Below, piece by piece: positions 18,979-29,196 of a stretch of DNA of 64,000 nt (positions are counted from its first letter, which is position 1; every line of letters begins with the position of its first letter). Where the stretch lies: contig CBDCWC010000003.1 in the NCBI GenBank assembly GCA_965223295.1, positions 288,001-352,000 on the forward strand, in the 5' to 3' direction. The translations under genes were made by a program, and so were the position numbers. This stretch comes from Nitrospirales bacterium. Lineage in GTDB: Bacteria; Nitrospirota; Nitrospiria; Nitrospirales; UBA8639. The notes beneath the pieces were generated by a model that made no database searches, was not told where the DNA came from, and saw nothing but the letters and a program-made list of their open reading frames with translations.

Positions 18979-19734
18979 ATGATTCATCAATCAATATTTA
19001 TCACTGGAACCGATACCCATGTCGGCAAAACAACGATTACGGCCGCATTGCTACTCACAATGCAACGACGAAACCAATCAGTGGGTATACTCAAACCTTT
19101 TGAGACTGGTGTTGATATTGATGAATGCCAACATTCCGACACAGAACGTTTGCGGCGCCTGGTTGACCCAATTCCTTCTTTCGAATCAGTTTGTTTGTAC
19201 CCTTTTCCTCAACCACTGGCTCCGCTATCCGCTGCATATGAAACAGGAACAACCATCGATTTCTCGCGGATTCATTTGCATATTCAAGAACTGGCCACAC
19301 GGCATTCTTTTCTGCTGATAGAAGGTGCAGGAGGCATCTTCACACCTATTACACCCAAACAAACGATACGAGACTTGATCACATTCCTGAATGTTTCTTG
19401 TTTGATTGTAGGACGAACGGACCTTGGTGGGTTCAATCACTGCCGCCTCACGGTGGAAGCTCTGCAACAAGCCAATATTCCTCTGTGCGGCATTGCGCTG
19501 AATACGACCAATTCCTCAAACACGGCGATAACGATTCGCCAGCAACAGTCCACAATCGAGTTGATAAAAGAATGGGCCCCTGTCCCGGTATTTGGGCCAA
19601 TAGACTTTGTTCAGAAGGTTCACACTCACTGGAAGGAAGGCGTCAATCAGTTGGCCGAACACACAGAAATTCAACGGCTAGCCATACACCTTAAGAGACT
19701 GTTGAACAATGATGATATCAACAGCCACATCTAG
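18979..19734 (+). CDS. bioD: Dethiobiotin synthase
   Basis: FITGTDTHVGKT, KPFETG, PLAP, IEGAGG, LGGFNH; last ~12 codons derive from MITE. Confidence 0.92.
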   Translation: MIHQSIFITGTDTHVGKTTITAALLLTMQRRNQSVGILKPFETGVDIDECQHSDTERLRRLVDPIPSFESVCLYPFPQPLAPLSAAYETGTTIDFSRIHLHIQELATRHSFLLIEGAGGIFTPITPKQTIRDLITFLNVSCLIVGRTDLGGFNHCRLTVEALQQANIPLCGIALNTTNSSNTAITIRQQQSTIELIKEWAPVPVFGPIDFVQKVHTHWKEGVNQLAEHTEIQRLAIHLKRLLNNDDINSHI

Positions 19735-19885
19735 TCTTTGAGACTGAACATGTCAGAGGCCTCGGGTCTGTTCAAAAAAGTCCGTTCAGCAAGACCACAG
19801 CCATTTTTGCGCGCGGAGCGTACTGGTACTACGTGAGCACGGGAAAATGGCGAGAACGCCGCTGACGGCTTTTTTCAACAGATCC
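19695..19885 (+). mobile_element. MITE family A copy 2 (191 bp)
   Basis: Ends GAGACTGTTGAA / TTCAACAGATCC; CTTAA duplicated at 19690-19694 and 19886-19890. Confidence 0.88.
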
Positions 19886-19886
19886 C

Positions 19887-20540
19887 TTAATGAAAAGGAG
19901 CCATGAATTGAGCAAACGCGGTTCGACGATCCTTGGCATCTAAAATGCCGGAAGCCACGGCAATCCCATTTGCTCCAGCCTGACACAATTCCGGAACAGA
20001 GTCCGTCGTAATGCCACCAATAGCAAAAACTGGAAGCGGCGTGAGTCGACGGATATATTGCATTCCCTCAATTCCCACGACCGGATCATGATTCGCTTTC
20101 GTCCCAGTAGAAAAAATAGGACCGAAACCCAAATAATCAGCCCCATCCTGAGTAGCCTGTTGCACCTGCTGCGAATCATGGGTGGAGACTCCAATAAACG
20201 TCTCTTTCCTCAGCAAATTTCTTGCTAGACCAATAGGCAGGTCAGTTTGGCCAAGATGCACACCATCTGCTTGCACCGCCATAGCCAAATCGCATCGGTC
20301 ATTCACCACAAAGGCCATGTTCCATTCTTTCGCCATGAGGCGAAGAGTCTTTGCTTGATCATATGCATGCTTCATAGACGTTGTTTTATTCCGATATTGC
20401 ACGATTCGCACACCTGCCCGACCAGCTTCCTGCAACACTTCTGGCAGCGAACAGCGGGGGGACCACTGCTCGTCCAGAATAAGATAAAGGCCATTAAGGT
20501 GGGAGAGAAGATTGTTGCCGGATGTGCCATGGGACGTCAT
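19887..20540 (-). CDS. thiE: Thiamine-phosphate synthase
   Basis: LYLILD, VQYRNK, VVNDRCD, ADGVHLGQTD, IGVSTH, DYLGFGPIF.T.TK, AIGGI. Confidence 0.95.
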   Translation of the reverse strand: MTSHGTSGNNLLSHLNGLYLILDEQWSPRCSLPEVLQEAGRAGVRIVQYRNKTTSMKHAYDQAKTLRLMAKEWNMAFVVNDRCDLAMAVQADGVHLGQTDLPIGLARNLLRKETFIGVSTHDSQQVQQATQDGADYLGFGPIFSTGTKANHDPVVGIEGMQYIRRLTPLPVFAIGGITTDSVPELCQAGANGIAVASGILDAKDRRTAFAQFMAPFH

Positions 20541-21886
20541 ACAGACTGTAGCGTTAAGAACCGGTCGAGAAAGCGAGTGGAGACAGGTCCCTTTTGAAAG
20601 TCCGGATGCTCAAGAATTTTTTGGTGAAGCGCAATATTACTCTGTATCCCTTCAATCACAAACTCATCGAGCGCTCGCCCCATTCTAGCCAACGCCTCAG
20701 CCCGATCCCGGCCATATCCAATCAGCTTCGCAATCATCGAATCATAAAAAGGGGACACGACACCTGTGGTATCCATGGCCGTATCCACGCGAATCCCCGG
20801 CCCTCCTGGCACACAAAACTTTTTCACGACTCCCGGACATGGCGTTAAATGAACAGGATCTTCAGCATTAATACGACATTCAATGGCGTGCCCATGTAAC
20901 TGAATATCTTTTTGTCGATACGACAATGCCTCCCCGGCAGCAACACGAATCTGCTCTTTGATCAGATCCACTCCGGTTACCATCTCCGTCACGCCATGTT
21001 CAACCTGAATACGCGTATTCACTTCCATGAAATAAAATTTACCGGCGGCATCCATGAGGAACTCAACGGTTCCCGCATTACGATATTTGACAGACTTCAT
21101 AACTGTGACCGCCACCTGACCCATTTTTTTTCTCGTCGTCTCATCTAAGGCAGGAGACGGTGATTCTTCTATCACCTTTTGATATCGCCGCTGCACCGAA
21201 CAGTCACGCTCATGAAAATGCACGACTTGACCTTGGTGGTCTGCCATCACCTGCAGTTCAATATGCCGGGGTTCCTCAAAAAATTTCTCGAGGTAGACCC
21301 CTCCATAGCCAAAGGCCGTATGAGCTTCCAATTGTGCCGATTCAACCGCCTGGATTAAGTCCTTTTCATGCCATACCACCCGCATACCACGGCCGCCACC
21401 GCCAGCAGAGGCTTTAACAATAACGGGAAAGCCAAGCTTCTTGGCCACAGACAAACAGACTTTCGGATCTTCAATTTCTCCCTCACTTCCCGGCAAAACA
21501 GGAATCCCATGCTTTTTCATGTGTGCCCGCGCTTGTGATTTATCACTTAACAAGGCTATATGTTCGGACGATGGGCCAATAAATGTCACCCCGATCGATT
21601 CGCAAACTTCAGCAAAATGAGCATTTTCTGCCAAAAACCCATAGCCTGGATGAATAGCATCGACGCCTGCTATTTCTGCTGCGCTCAAGACATTGGGAAT
21701 ATTTCGATAACTGAGACCACCCTCCGCTGGCCCGACACAAACATGCTCATCGGCATGCCGCACATGCAGGGACTGCCCATCGACTTCAGAATGAATGGCG
21801 ACTGTGCGGATTCCTAACTCTCGACAGGCACGAATGATTCGTAGAGCAATCTCTCCTCGATTCGCAATCAGAATTTTCTTAAACAC
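20537..21886 (-). CDS. accC: Biotin carboxylase
   Basis: KKILIANRGEIA, HPGYGFLAEN, KASAGGGGRGM, EVNTRIQVEH, YDSMIAKL. Confidence 0.96.
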   Translation of the reverse strand: MFKKILIANRGEIALRIIRACRELGIRTVAIHSEVDGQSLHVRHADEHVCVGPAEGGLSYRNIPNVLSAAEIAGVDAIHPGYGFLAENAHFAEVCESIGVTFIGPSSEHIALLSDKSQARAHMKKHGIPVLPGSEGEIEDPKVCLSVAKKLGFPVIVKASAGGGGRGMRVVWHEKDLIQAVESAQLEAHTAFGYGGVYLEKFFEEPRHIELQVMADHQGQVVHFHERDCSVQRRYQKVIEESPSPALDETTRKKMGQVAVTVMKSVKYRNAGTVEFLMDAAGKFYFMEVNTRIQVEHGVTEMVTGVDLIKEQIRVAAGEALSYRQKDIQLHGHAIECRINAEDPVHLTPCPGVVKKFCVPGGPGIRVDTAMDTTGVVSPFYDSMIAKLIGYGRDRAEALARMGRALDEFVIEGIQSNIALHQKILEHPDFQKGPVSTRFLDRFLTLQSV

Positions 21887-21995
21887 GGATCACCCTAAGC
21901 CTTATCCCTCTTGAAAAACATTTTGAACGACATCCTGAATTGAGGAAACCTCACTCCCGCATTCATTCCTGGGAGCATGGTCTTTCTTCTCACTA

Positions 21996-22454
21996 TTACT
22001 GTGGATCAATAAGGAAGAGAGGTTGGCCGAATTCAACAGGTGTTGTGCTTTCGACTAACACTTTCACAACCTTCCCATCAACTTCTGCCTCAATCTCATT
22101 CATGAGCTTCATGGCTTCAACAATACAAAGCACCTGTCCTTTTCGAACCAGTGCTCCTTCCTCAACATACGGATCGGCTTCTGGCGAAGGGGCACGATAA
22201 AAGGTCCCGACAATGGGAGAGGTCACCGTGAAAAATTCCGATGATTCAGCGGGTTGTGAGAGAGCAGGGATAATCGATGGAACCGAGGCCTCTTGAGCCT
22301 GAGGCGCTTCCACTGGGAGACCAGACACGACAGGGGCCGCATCTCTCCGCACACGGATTCGCACACCTTTCTTTTCCAATTCTAACTCGGTGAGATGATA
22401 CCGATTGAGCAACTCAACCAGATCTTCAATTTCTCGTCTCGATGAATCAGGCAT
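21996..22454 (-). CDS. accB: Biotin carboxyl carrier protein
   Basis: SPIVGTFY, EAMKLMNEI biotinylation motif. Confidence 0.96.
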   Translation of the reverse strand: MPDSSRREIEDLVELLNRYHLTELELEKKGVRIRVRRDAAPVVSGLPVEAPQAQEASVPSIIPALSQPAESSEFFTVTSPIVGTFYRAPSPEADPYVEEGALVRKGQVLCIVEAMKLMNEIEAEVDGKVVKVLVESTTPVEFGQPLFLIDPQ

Positions 22455-22498
22455 AGCTTTTCAATTCGTTTATGAATGAAACACTCGATTAAGAGAAC

Positions 22499-23059
22499 TT
22501 AGCGAACCCGTTCGACATAGGCACGGGTCCGAGTATCAATTTTGATTATTTCTCCAGATTCAAGATAGAGAGGAACTTTGACGACGGCACCCGTTTCAAG
22601 CGTAGCCGGTTTCGTTCCTCCAGAGGCGGTATCCCCTCGAACACCCGGATCAGTTTCAACAACTTTGAGTTCCATAAAAATTGGCAATTCCACGGAAATC
22701 GGCTCCCCCTGATACAGCAGGACTTGTACCACGGTATTTTCTTTCAACAGATCAACATTGTCACCCAACTGATCTTTGGAGTACGTCACCTGCTCATAGC
22801 TTGTGGTATCCATAAACGAATACTCATCCCCTCCACTATATAGAAATTGCATTTCGCATTCGTCTAAGTTGGGTTCTTCAAATTTCTCTCCTGATCGAAA
22901 CGTACGATCAATGACGCTACCGGTCTTATATCCCTTGAGTTTGGTCCGGACGAAAGCCGGACCTTTTCCCGGTTTGACATGCTGGAATTCCACAATATAA
23001 AAGGGCTGCCCCTCTAGCTCAAGCCGGGCCCCGTTACGAAAGTCTGCAGTTGAAATCAC
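22499..23059 (-). CDS. efp: Elongation factor P
   Basis: HVKPGKGPAFVRTK, PGVRGDTA, KPATLETG. Confidence 0.97.
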   Translation of the reverse strand: MISTADFRNGARLELEGQPFYIVEFQHVKPGKGPAFVRTKLKGYKTGSVIDRTFRSGEKFEEPNLDECEMQFLYSGGDEYSFMDTTSYEQVTYSKDQLGDNVDLLKENTVVQVLLYQGEPISVELPIFMELKVVETDPGVRGDTASGGTKPATLETGAVVKVPLYLESGEIIKIDTRTRAYVERVR

Positions 23060-23097
23060 ACCAAATACTCCTTACATAAAATGAATGAAGATCAGGC

Positions 23098-23541
23098 TTA
23101 AGCTTTTTCCTGAAGCGTTTGAACCAATGCCCTAAGGCCTAACGAATAACTCAGCGGCCCAAAACCTGAAATTTGCCCCAGCGAGACAGAGGCAAGATAT
23201 GACCGTCGCCGGAAAGATTCACGCTGATGAATATTAGACAAATGGACTTCCACCATCGGGAGCCCAACTCCAAGTACCGCATCCCGAAGCGCAATACTCG
23301 TATGGGTATAGGCCGCCGGATTAAACAATAACCCTTGAAATCTCGCGGCCGCCTCTTGAATCCAAGTCACCAATTCTCCTTCGATATTGGATTGTCGTGC
23401 TTCGACCACAGCACCCAATTCTTGCCCTAATGTTATCAACATGGCATCGATTTCCTCTAAAGTCGTGCTCCCGTACAACTTAGGCTCTCGAAGTCCCAAC
23501 AAATTCAAATTCGGTCCATGTAACACGAGAATACGAAGCAT
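23098..23541 (-). CDS. aroQ: Type II 3-dehydroquinate dehydratase
   Basis: [36 protein letters not shown]. Confidence 0.96.
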   Translation of the reverse strand: MLRILVLHGPNLNLLGLREPKLYGSTTLEEIDAMLITLGQELGAVVEARQSNIEGELVTWIQEAAARFQGLLFNPAAYTHTSIALRDAVLGVGLPMVEVHLSNIHQRESFRRRSYLASVSLGQISGFGPLSYSLGLRALVQTLQEKA

Positions 23542-23692
23542 ACCCAAACCAATCCCAGCGAATCAGAGAAACAAGAAAGAGAAAATTTGTTACATCAACC
23601 TAGGGATTCTATGGAGGTCACGACACGAAAGGATGTAAGGGATTCTACCAGTGCTGTACAAATGGGTCAACGCAATTTCACGTCCGACTCTA

Positions 23693-25228
23693 TTACAAGA
23701 GTGGCTCCATCACACGTTTCATGAGAATACGACGGAGTTCGACCATAGCCCAGGTATCCCGGCGACAATATTCTTCCAAATCCTGGGCAATAGTTGCACG
23801 TTCAATCAGATCCGTTTCTGCAAAGACCATCTTTTGATACATCACCGCAGCAACGGCACCGTTTTGAATTCCAAGATCATCATAGGCCAAATGTGGGACT
23901 AAGGCCGGCAAGACATTTTTGATCGAAAACGATCCTTCGAATGCGGGATGATAGTAATGTTGTTGAATGACAGAAAGCAGATCCCACAAACGCCGCACAG
24001 CTTTTGAAAAGGCTGACTTCAAAGGAGGCAAAAAGTCTCCGAGCCCGAATAGTAAGAATCGCTCGTATTCCGAATAGACACAAATACTCCCAGCTTCTCC
24101 CAGACTCTCTAACAACTTGTAGGCCAATTCCTCTCTTGGGTCCCGCCCATCTACGCACAAATAGTGTTGATGAACGACCGTCCCATCTTCATATTCAATA
24201 TGATTCGACCATTGAAAAGGAATGGGACGATAGGGCCGCGTATGAGGAAACTTGGGGATCGCAGGCATAAACGTCTCAAAGTCTAAGTGATGCACCGGAT
24301 ACCGTACTGACTGCAATCGCGCACGCAAAAGAGGCGAGATCCACTCGACATTGGCTTTCACACGACGTTGAATATCAGACAAGGGAATATGATCAGGAAT
24401 ATCATCGATCGTTTCCACCCCTTCCTGTTTCAACCCTTTTTGCAGCTTCGAGCTGCCTGGTAAATAGAACACCCAGCGCGGGGACTTCTCTTTCGTACAA
24501 TAATCCCAAAAGGGACATTCATAGGGCTGATAACAATGCGCATCAGGGTCAATCATCGGGGGAGCGGGCTTTTCTAAGACCGCCCGCATTTCATCCAACT
24601 GCGGTTGTACAAGAAGTCGGCGAGCCAGAACTTCTTCCGTCATATTATCTAAGGTAAACATCTCGCTCAGATTTAACTCTCCACCTAAAAATACATATTG
24701 TGTATTGAGATGCATCAAGTAGCAGCCATCGATGAGAAGACCGGCGCCTTCCAATACCGCTAACTGAATGGTCAAGTCATCCAAGTGCGTGGCTTTGACT
24801 TTTGAGGTCGCCTTGACTTCAATTAACCGCCACCGTGTGTCATCCAGCCGTTCAAGAACATCAACGCGTACGAGAATGCCCTGCCACACGAACGCTCCTT
24901 CGAAAATGGCCATCACCGAAGGATCGGCGACTAACTCAGCCGTTCGAGCCAGAGCCGCAGGAATTTGACGATGCGTTTCGGCCACTAACACCCCACCAGA
25001 AAAAAAGTCTCTGGCCAAGACACCCACATCCGTTCCCATATCCATAATGGCCCGGCGATCCGGCGTTGGCGGAGTCGCGAGTTCGGGGGAATGAATTTCC
25101 AGATATAACCGTTTATGGCATTGGAGGCCTGACAAAAACCGACTTTTGGAAAGGCGGTGCGTCGAAGTCATCGACTCAGGTGAGACCTGAGTGGAAGAAA
25201 GGTCGGTGGTAGGAATAAGAGAATCCAC
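23693..25228 (-). CDS. DUF2779-domain protein (Cas4-like PD-(D/E)XK N-terminus + RNase H-like C-terminus)
   Basis: LSKSRF..GLQC.KRLYL, RVDVL...IEVK, C...YECPF..YC, LDFET, PFQWS.H, SFSIK.VLP, YC..D. Confidence 0.8.
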   Translation of the reverse strand: MDSLIPTTDLSSTQVSPESMTSTHRLSKSRFLSGLQCHKRLYLEIHSPELATPPTPDRRAIMDMGTDVGVLARDFFSGGVLVAETHRQIPAALARTAELVADPSVMAIFEGAFVWQGILVRVDVLERLDDTRWRLIEVKATSKVKATHLDDLTIQLAVLEGAGLLIDGCYLMHLNTQYVFLGGELNLSEMFTLDNMTEEVLARRLLVQPQLDEMRAVLEKPAPPMIDPDAHCYQPYECPFWDYCTKEKSPRWVFYLPGSSKLQKGLKQEGVETIDDIPDHIPLSDIQRRVKANVEWISPLLRARLQSVRYPVHHLDFETFMPAIPKFPHTRPYRPIPFQWSNHIEYEDGTVVHQHYLCVDGRDPREELAYKLLESLGEAGSICVYSEYERFLLFGLGDFLPPLKSAFSKAVRRLWDLLSVIQQHYYHPAFEGSFSIKNVLPALVPHLAYDDLGIQNGAVAAVMYQKMVFAETDLIERATIAQDLEEYCRRDTWAMVELRRILMKRVMEPLL

Positions 25229-25361
25229 TATACTCTTGTCGTTTGAAAAAGAAAAGAATATACAATCAACATAAAGCTGTGGCTATCGAGTTCTCTGTTT
25301 CCGAAATGAGATCAGCCAATGAGGTTACTATATGCTCGACAATACTGGTAAAATATAAATC

Positions 25362-25898
25362 ATGTCGAATGGGCTTCATTCTAAAAAGCAGGGATCGGCA
25401 AACCCATCTTCCTCGACCGGTATCAATAAGAAAAACATCAGCCAAATTGCTCAAGCATTAGGCCAATTGCTTGATTCTTCGCTGACTATTCCCGGAACCA
25501 AAATCAAAGTGGGCCTGGATCCGCTTATTGGGCTTATTCCAGGCATAGGTGACCTTATCAGTAATGGCATCGGATCGTCTCTGCTTTTTTTAGCGACAAA
25601 AGCCGGAGTGCCTCGTATTGTCATCTTACGTATGTCAATGAATATTGTGATTAATATGGTTGTCGGAGCGATCCCTATCGTGGGAGATCTCTTTTCTATA
25701 TGGTTTAAAAGTAACCTCCAAAATGCCCAAATCCTGCATAAACATTCCCAAACAACCGCCCCTGTGACCACCGTGATTGATTGGCTCTACGTCAGTGCGA
25801 TCATTCTTGTGATGATTCTCATCCTTAGTCTGGTGTTGAGCTTTATTTTCTGGTTAGGCTCATCTCTTCTCGCCATCCTCAACTCCCCAAATGCATAA
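25362..25898 (+). CDS. DUF4112-domain membrane protein
   Basis: LLDS...IPGT..KVGLDPLIGLIPGIGD...GAIPIVGDLF...FKSN. Confidence 0.88.
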   Translation: MSNGLHSKKQGSANPSSSTGINKKNISQIAQALGQLLDSSLTIPGTKIKVGLDPLIGLIPGIGDLISNGIGSSLLFLATKAGVPRIVILRMSMNIVINMVVGAIPIVGDLFSIWFKSNLQNAQILHKHSQTTAPVTTVIDWLYVSAIILVMILILSLVLSFIFWLGSSLLAILNSPNA

Positions 25899-25899
25899 A

Positions 25900-26090
25900 G
25901 AGAGTGTTAAGCAATGAAGATATCAAAAACCATTTTTTGCCAGGAAGTCCTTAGCAATCGTTAAGGTTGGGTCGGTTCAAAACAGTCCGTCCAGCAAGGC
26001 CGCAGCCATTGTTGCGCGCAGAGCGTCCTGGCATGACGTGAGCACGGAACAATGGCGAGAACGCCGCTGGCGGCTTTTTTCAACAGACCC
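25900..26090 (+). mobile_element. MITE family A copy 3 (191 bp)
   Basis: Ends GAGAGTGTTAAG / TTCAACAGACCC; ATAAA duplicated at 25895-25899 and 26091-26095. Confidence 0.88.
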
Positions 26091-26125
26091 ATAAACATTT
26101 GACAACATCGACGGGAGAATTGGCT

Positions 26126-27352
26126 TCACAGTAATTGTTGACCTACCATATCCGCAAACTGACGCCCTTTGTCCGTCAAAGCCAATCGCGAATCTATTTG
26201 AATGAGATATTCCTCATCTAACAACGATGCCAACGATGTTTTCCATGCAGAGTCGTGCTGATCTATTTCGACTGTATTGGTTGGCACACCCTCGAGCAAT
26301 CGCAAGCCAAAGACCAGACGCTCTTTTTCTTGCTGAACAATCGATAACTCCTCCCGTTCCGTAATTGGCCATTCACTGCACTCAAGCTGCCGGCAATACT
26401 GCCCAAGATCTTCCACATTTCCAAAACGACAGCCATCCAAATACGATTGTGCACTGGGACCTAACCCAATATAGTCCTGTCCTTGCCAATAACGAAGATT
26501 ATGGCAACAGGCATATCCAGGTTTCGACCAATTGGAAATTTCATAATGGTCATATCCTGCAGAAGCCAAAGCCTTGGCGGCCTGAGTCTGAAACTGTTGT
26601 TCCACTTCAGTCTCCACCAAATCTAACTCTCCCCGATGAAAGGCCGCATCAAGCCGTGTGCCTTCCTCTAGCGAAAGGGCATAGCAGGAAACATGGGAAG
26701 GTTCACATTCACATGCTTCTTGAATCGTTCGACTCCAAGATGAGAACGTTTGTCCAGGGATTCCATATATGAGATCCACATTGAAATTGGCAAAGCCGAT
26801 CTGCTTCACCAACCCCAACCCCACAAGTGCCTCTTCACAGGTACTTGAAAGACCTAGGCAACGTCGCTCCTGTTCATCAAAGGTTTGAATACCCAAGCTC
26901 AACCTGGTGACCCCTAATTGCTGAAACATATCTAGATAGTCTGTCGTCAAAGACTCTGGAGTCGTTTCCACTGTCACTTCGCAATCATCCGTCAACAAAA
27001 ATTTTGCCTTCACAGTCTTGAGCACTTCAGCGAGTTGTCGCGGCGATAGCGCAGTCGGAGTTCCACCCCCAACATAGACTGTTGAAATATGATATTCAGC
27101 TCGACCCAATTGTGCAGCGTACATCCTGATTTCTGTGTCCAGCGCCGCAAGAAATCGCTTAATACGCTTCTCTTCTTGCATCACCAAATAGAACGCACAA
27201 AAATGACACCGCTTCACACAAAAGGGAATATGAATATAGAGACCCACATCTACATGCAGAGCTCCCTTACTACCATGATGACTGAGAAGGCTTAATTCTT
27301 TGTCCATATCGACATACATGCTATCGGCGTCGTGCGATCGTTCGTAGATCAA
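26126..27352 (-). CDS. hemW: Radical SAM HemW/HemN-like protein
   Basis: LYIHIPFCVKRCHFC, YVGGGTP, DLIYGIPGQ, YEISN, HNLRYW, GLGPSA; start uncertain. Confidence 0.88.
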   Translation of the reverse strand: MIYERSHDADSMYVDMDKELSLLSHHGSKGALHVDVGLYIHIPFCVKRCHFCAFYLVMQEEKRIKRFLAALDTEIRMYAAQLGRAEYHISTVYVGGGTPTALSPRQLAEVLKTVKAKFLLTDDCEVTVETTPESLTTDYLDMFQQLGVTRLSLGIQTFDEQERRCLGLSSTCEEALVGLGLVKQIGFANFNVDLIYGIPGQTFSSWSRTIQEACECEPSHVSCYALSLEEGTRLDAAFHRGELDLVETEVEQQFQTQAAKALASAGYDHYEISNWSKPGYACCHNLRYWQGQDYIGLGPSAQSYLDGCRFGNVEDLGQYCRQLECSEWPITEREELSIVQQEKERLVFGLRLLEGVPTNTVEIDQHDSAWKTSLASLLDEEYLIQIDSRLALTDKGRQFADMVGQQLL

Positions 27353-28066
27353 CTAGATTTCAGCATGCCTTTCACGATAAACAACACACTGTCCTTTTCT
27401 CTGCAACAATTCACTGACTTCCTTTACCATCGCGGAGTTCCCGCAGACATAGACCGAAAGACGATCAACCTCTGAAAATTCTTGAAGAACATCCGTGACC
27501 CGCCCTTTCTTCCCATACCAAGAACTATTGGGTTTCGACAATGTTACAACATACGAAAAATTTTGATGTTGCATAGCCCAGGCTTCTAACTCCTGAATGT
27601 AATATTGGTCGGCCTCGCTCCTCAGTCCCCATAGAAGTGTGATACGTTGCGAAGAGGAATCTTCTAAGAGCGTGGTTATCATCGACCACAACGGAGCCAC
27701 TCCGGTTCCGGTCCCAACAAATAGCAACTCTTTTTCTGGTTCTTGTTGGAGAACAAACGACCCGTAAGGACCCGATATTTCTACCTCAGCACCAAGAGCT
27801 TGTTCTAATAAAAAGGTAGAGCCTTTTCCTCGATCCCGACTATTGAGTAACAAGACTATATGCGTGGATAGTCGTGGTGAGGAAGCTAGAGAAAAATATC
27901 GAAGAATAGGAGAGTTAGAACTTGCATGAGGCATCGACACGGCTATGGCTTGCCCAGGCTGAAAGGACAAGAACGCTGGCTCAATCATCTCCAGCGTTAG
28001 CTCTCGAATCTCTGATGTCAAATGTCTGACGCGTTGGACTTTTGCTCGAAATGGACGAGCGATCAT
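27353..28066 (-). CDS. Ferredoxin-NAD(P) reductase-like FAD/NAD-binding oxidoreductase
   Basis: FQPGQ, RYFSLAS, G.GS, GPYGSF, GTGTGVAP, YVCG..AMV. Confidence 0.85.
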   Translation of the reverse strand: MIARPFRAKVQRVRHLTSEIRELTLEMIEPAFLSFQPGQAIAVSMPHASSNSPILRYFSLASSPRLSTHIVLLLNSRDRGKGSTFLLEQALGAEVEISGPYGSFVLQQEPEKELLFVGTGTGVAPLWSMITTLLEDSSSQRITLLWGLRSEADQYYIQELEAWAMQHQNFSYVVTLSKPNSSWYGKKGRVTDVLQEFSEVDRLSVYVCGNSAMVKEVSELLQRKGQCVVYRERHAEI

Positions 28067-28240
28067 GACTAAGAATGTAGAGAATCTCCAGCCCTCTGGC
28101 AAGATATTTTTTTGTCCGCAGAACAAAAAACCCAATCGAATAGAGGAGAACAAGAGTGAAAGAATTACGAAGGGATCTGAGAAAATCATGTCCCTCTCCT
28201 TTGTAAGGAGAGGCTAGGTGAGGTAGAGACATACGTTACG

Positions 28241-28285
28241 AAAAAACAATGGCCGGCACAGCCTCCCAGGAGGCTGTGCCGGCCA
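28241..28285 (-). terminator. Intrinsic terminator after Hsp20 gene
   Basis: TGGCCGGCACAGCCTCC/GGAGGCTGTGCCGGCCA perfect stem plus T-rich tail on minus strand. Confidence 0.85.
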
Positions 28286-28312
28286 GACTTTAAAGAACGA
28301 ACGACTTGAACG

Positions 28313-28753
28313 TTACTTCACTTCTATTTGAATCGCTCGAGGCTTCGCCTTTTCTTGCTTTGGAATCGTGATCGTCAAGACTCCTTTATCATACGTAGCC
28401 TTTGCCTCGTCAGGATTCACCGTACTCGGCAGCGAAAAGCTTCTAGAGAAATTTCCATAATGAGCCTCTTGAAAATGATACCCATCTTTGGATTTTTTCG
28501 TTTCAACTTTGCGTTCACCACGAAGCTCTAAGGTCTGCTCTCTGACAGAAAGTTCAATGTCATTTAAGTCGATTCCTGGCAATTGCGCTTCAATTGCCAG
28601 ATGATCCTTATCTTCATACACATTCACCGGCGGCTGCCACGCCAGCGCCTCTGTATTTCGATCATCCCAAACGGGCCGCAACCCAAACGGCCGATCAAAC
28701 AGCCCATTCATTGTTCGTTCTAATTCTGTATAAGGATTCCATTTTACCAACAT
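28313..28753 (-). CDS. Hsp20/alpha-crystallin small heat-shock protein
   Basis: WQPPVNVYE, LPGI, GERK, YGNFSRSFSLP, ATYDKGVLTITIPK; AAGGAGG RBS. Confidence 0.95.
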   Translation of the reverse strand: MLVKWNPYTELERTMNGLFDRPFGLRPVWDDRNTEALAWQPPVNVYEDKDHLAIEAQLPGIDLNDIELSVREQTLELRGERKVETKKSKDGYHFQEAHYGNFSRSFSLPSTVNPDEAKATYDKGVLTITIPKQEKAKPRAIQIEVK

Positions 28754-29196
28754 AGTCTCTCCCCTCCTTTTTGATAATGATCATAACTACTACAATATTT
28801 TTTGTGTGACACCCAGCCGGGAAGGTAGTGTCGTTCGTCGTTGATATATAGATAAGCACAAAAACAAAAAAGTCAAGTATTTTGTATACAAAAACGACTG
28901 AAACACAGAGGAAAAGTTTAGACGACTGTCCGTGCGATTCGCTAAAGAATCGAACTATCAAATATAGCAGTAGGGCATCAATGGCTTTGTCTACTTTCGC
29001 CGAAACGAAAGTAGATCGGCTGCCAGGCCGAAACCAGACAACACCAAACAACTCACAGACTTTATCCTTAGCAAACCGAATTCGGCATGCCCGTCATGCT
29101 ACTAGATACGTACACCTCAAAAAACAGTTTACTATGAACCAAATTGGATTCCCGATAAAAAATGTCGGGCATAACGAGGTGGGGAAGTGAACACAA

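Noticed and set aside
28845-28880. CIRCE/HAIR operator upstream of Hsp20
   Set aside because: Only a TTGACT -35 and a partial GTGCTTA half-site; no full inverted repeat
28695-29190. ORFs 28695-29051 and 28882-29190
   Set aside because: Overlap the Hsp20 promoter region, lack RBS and recognisable features
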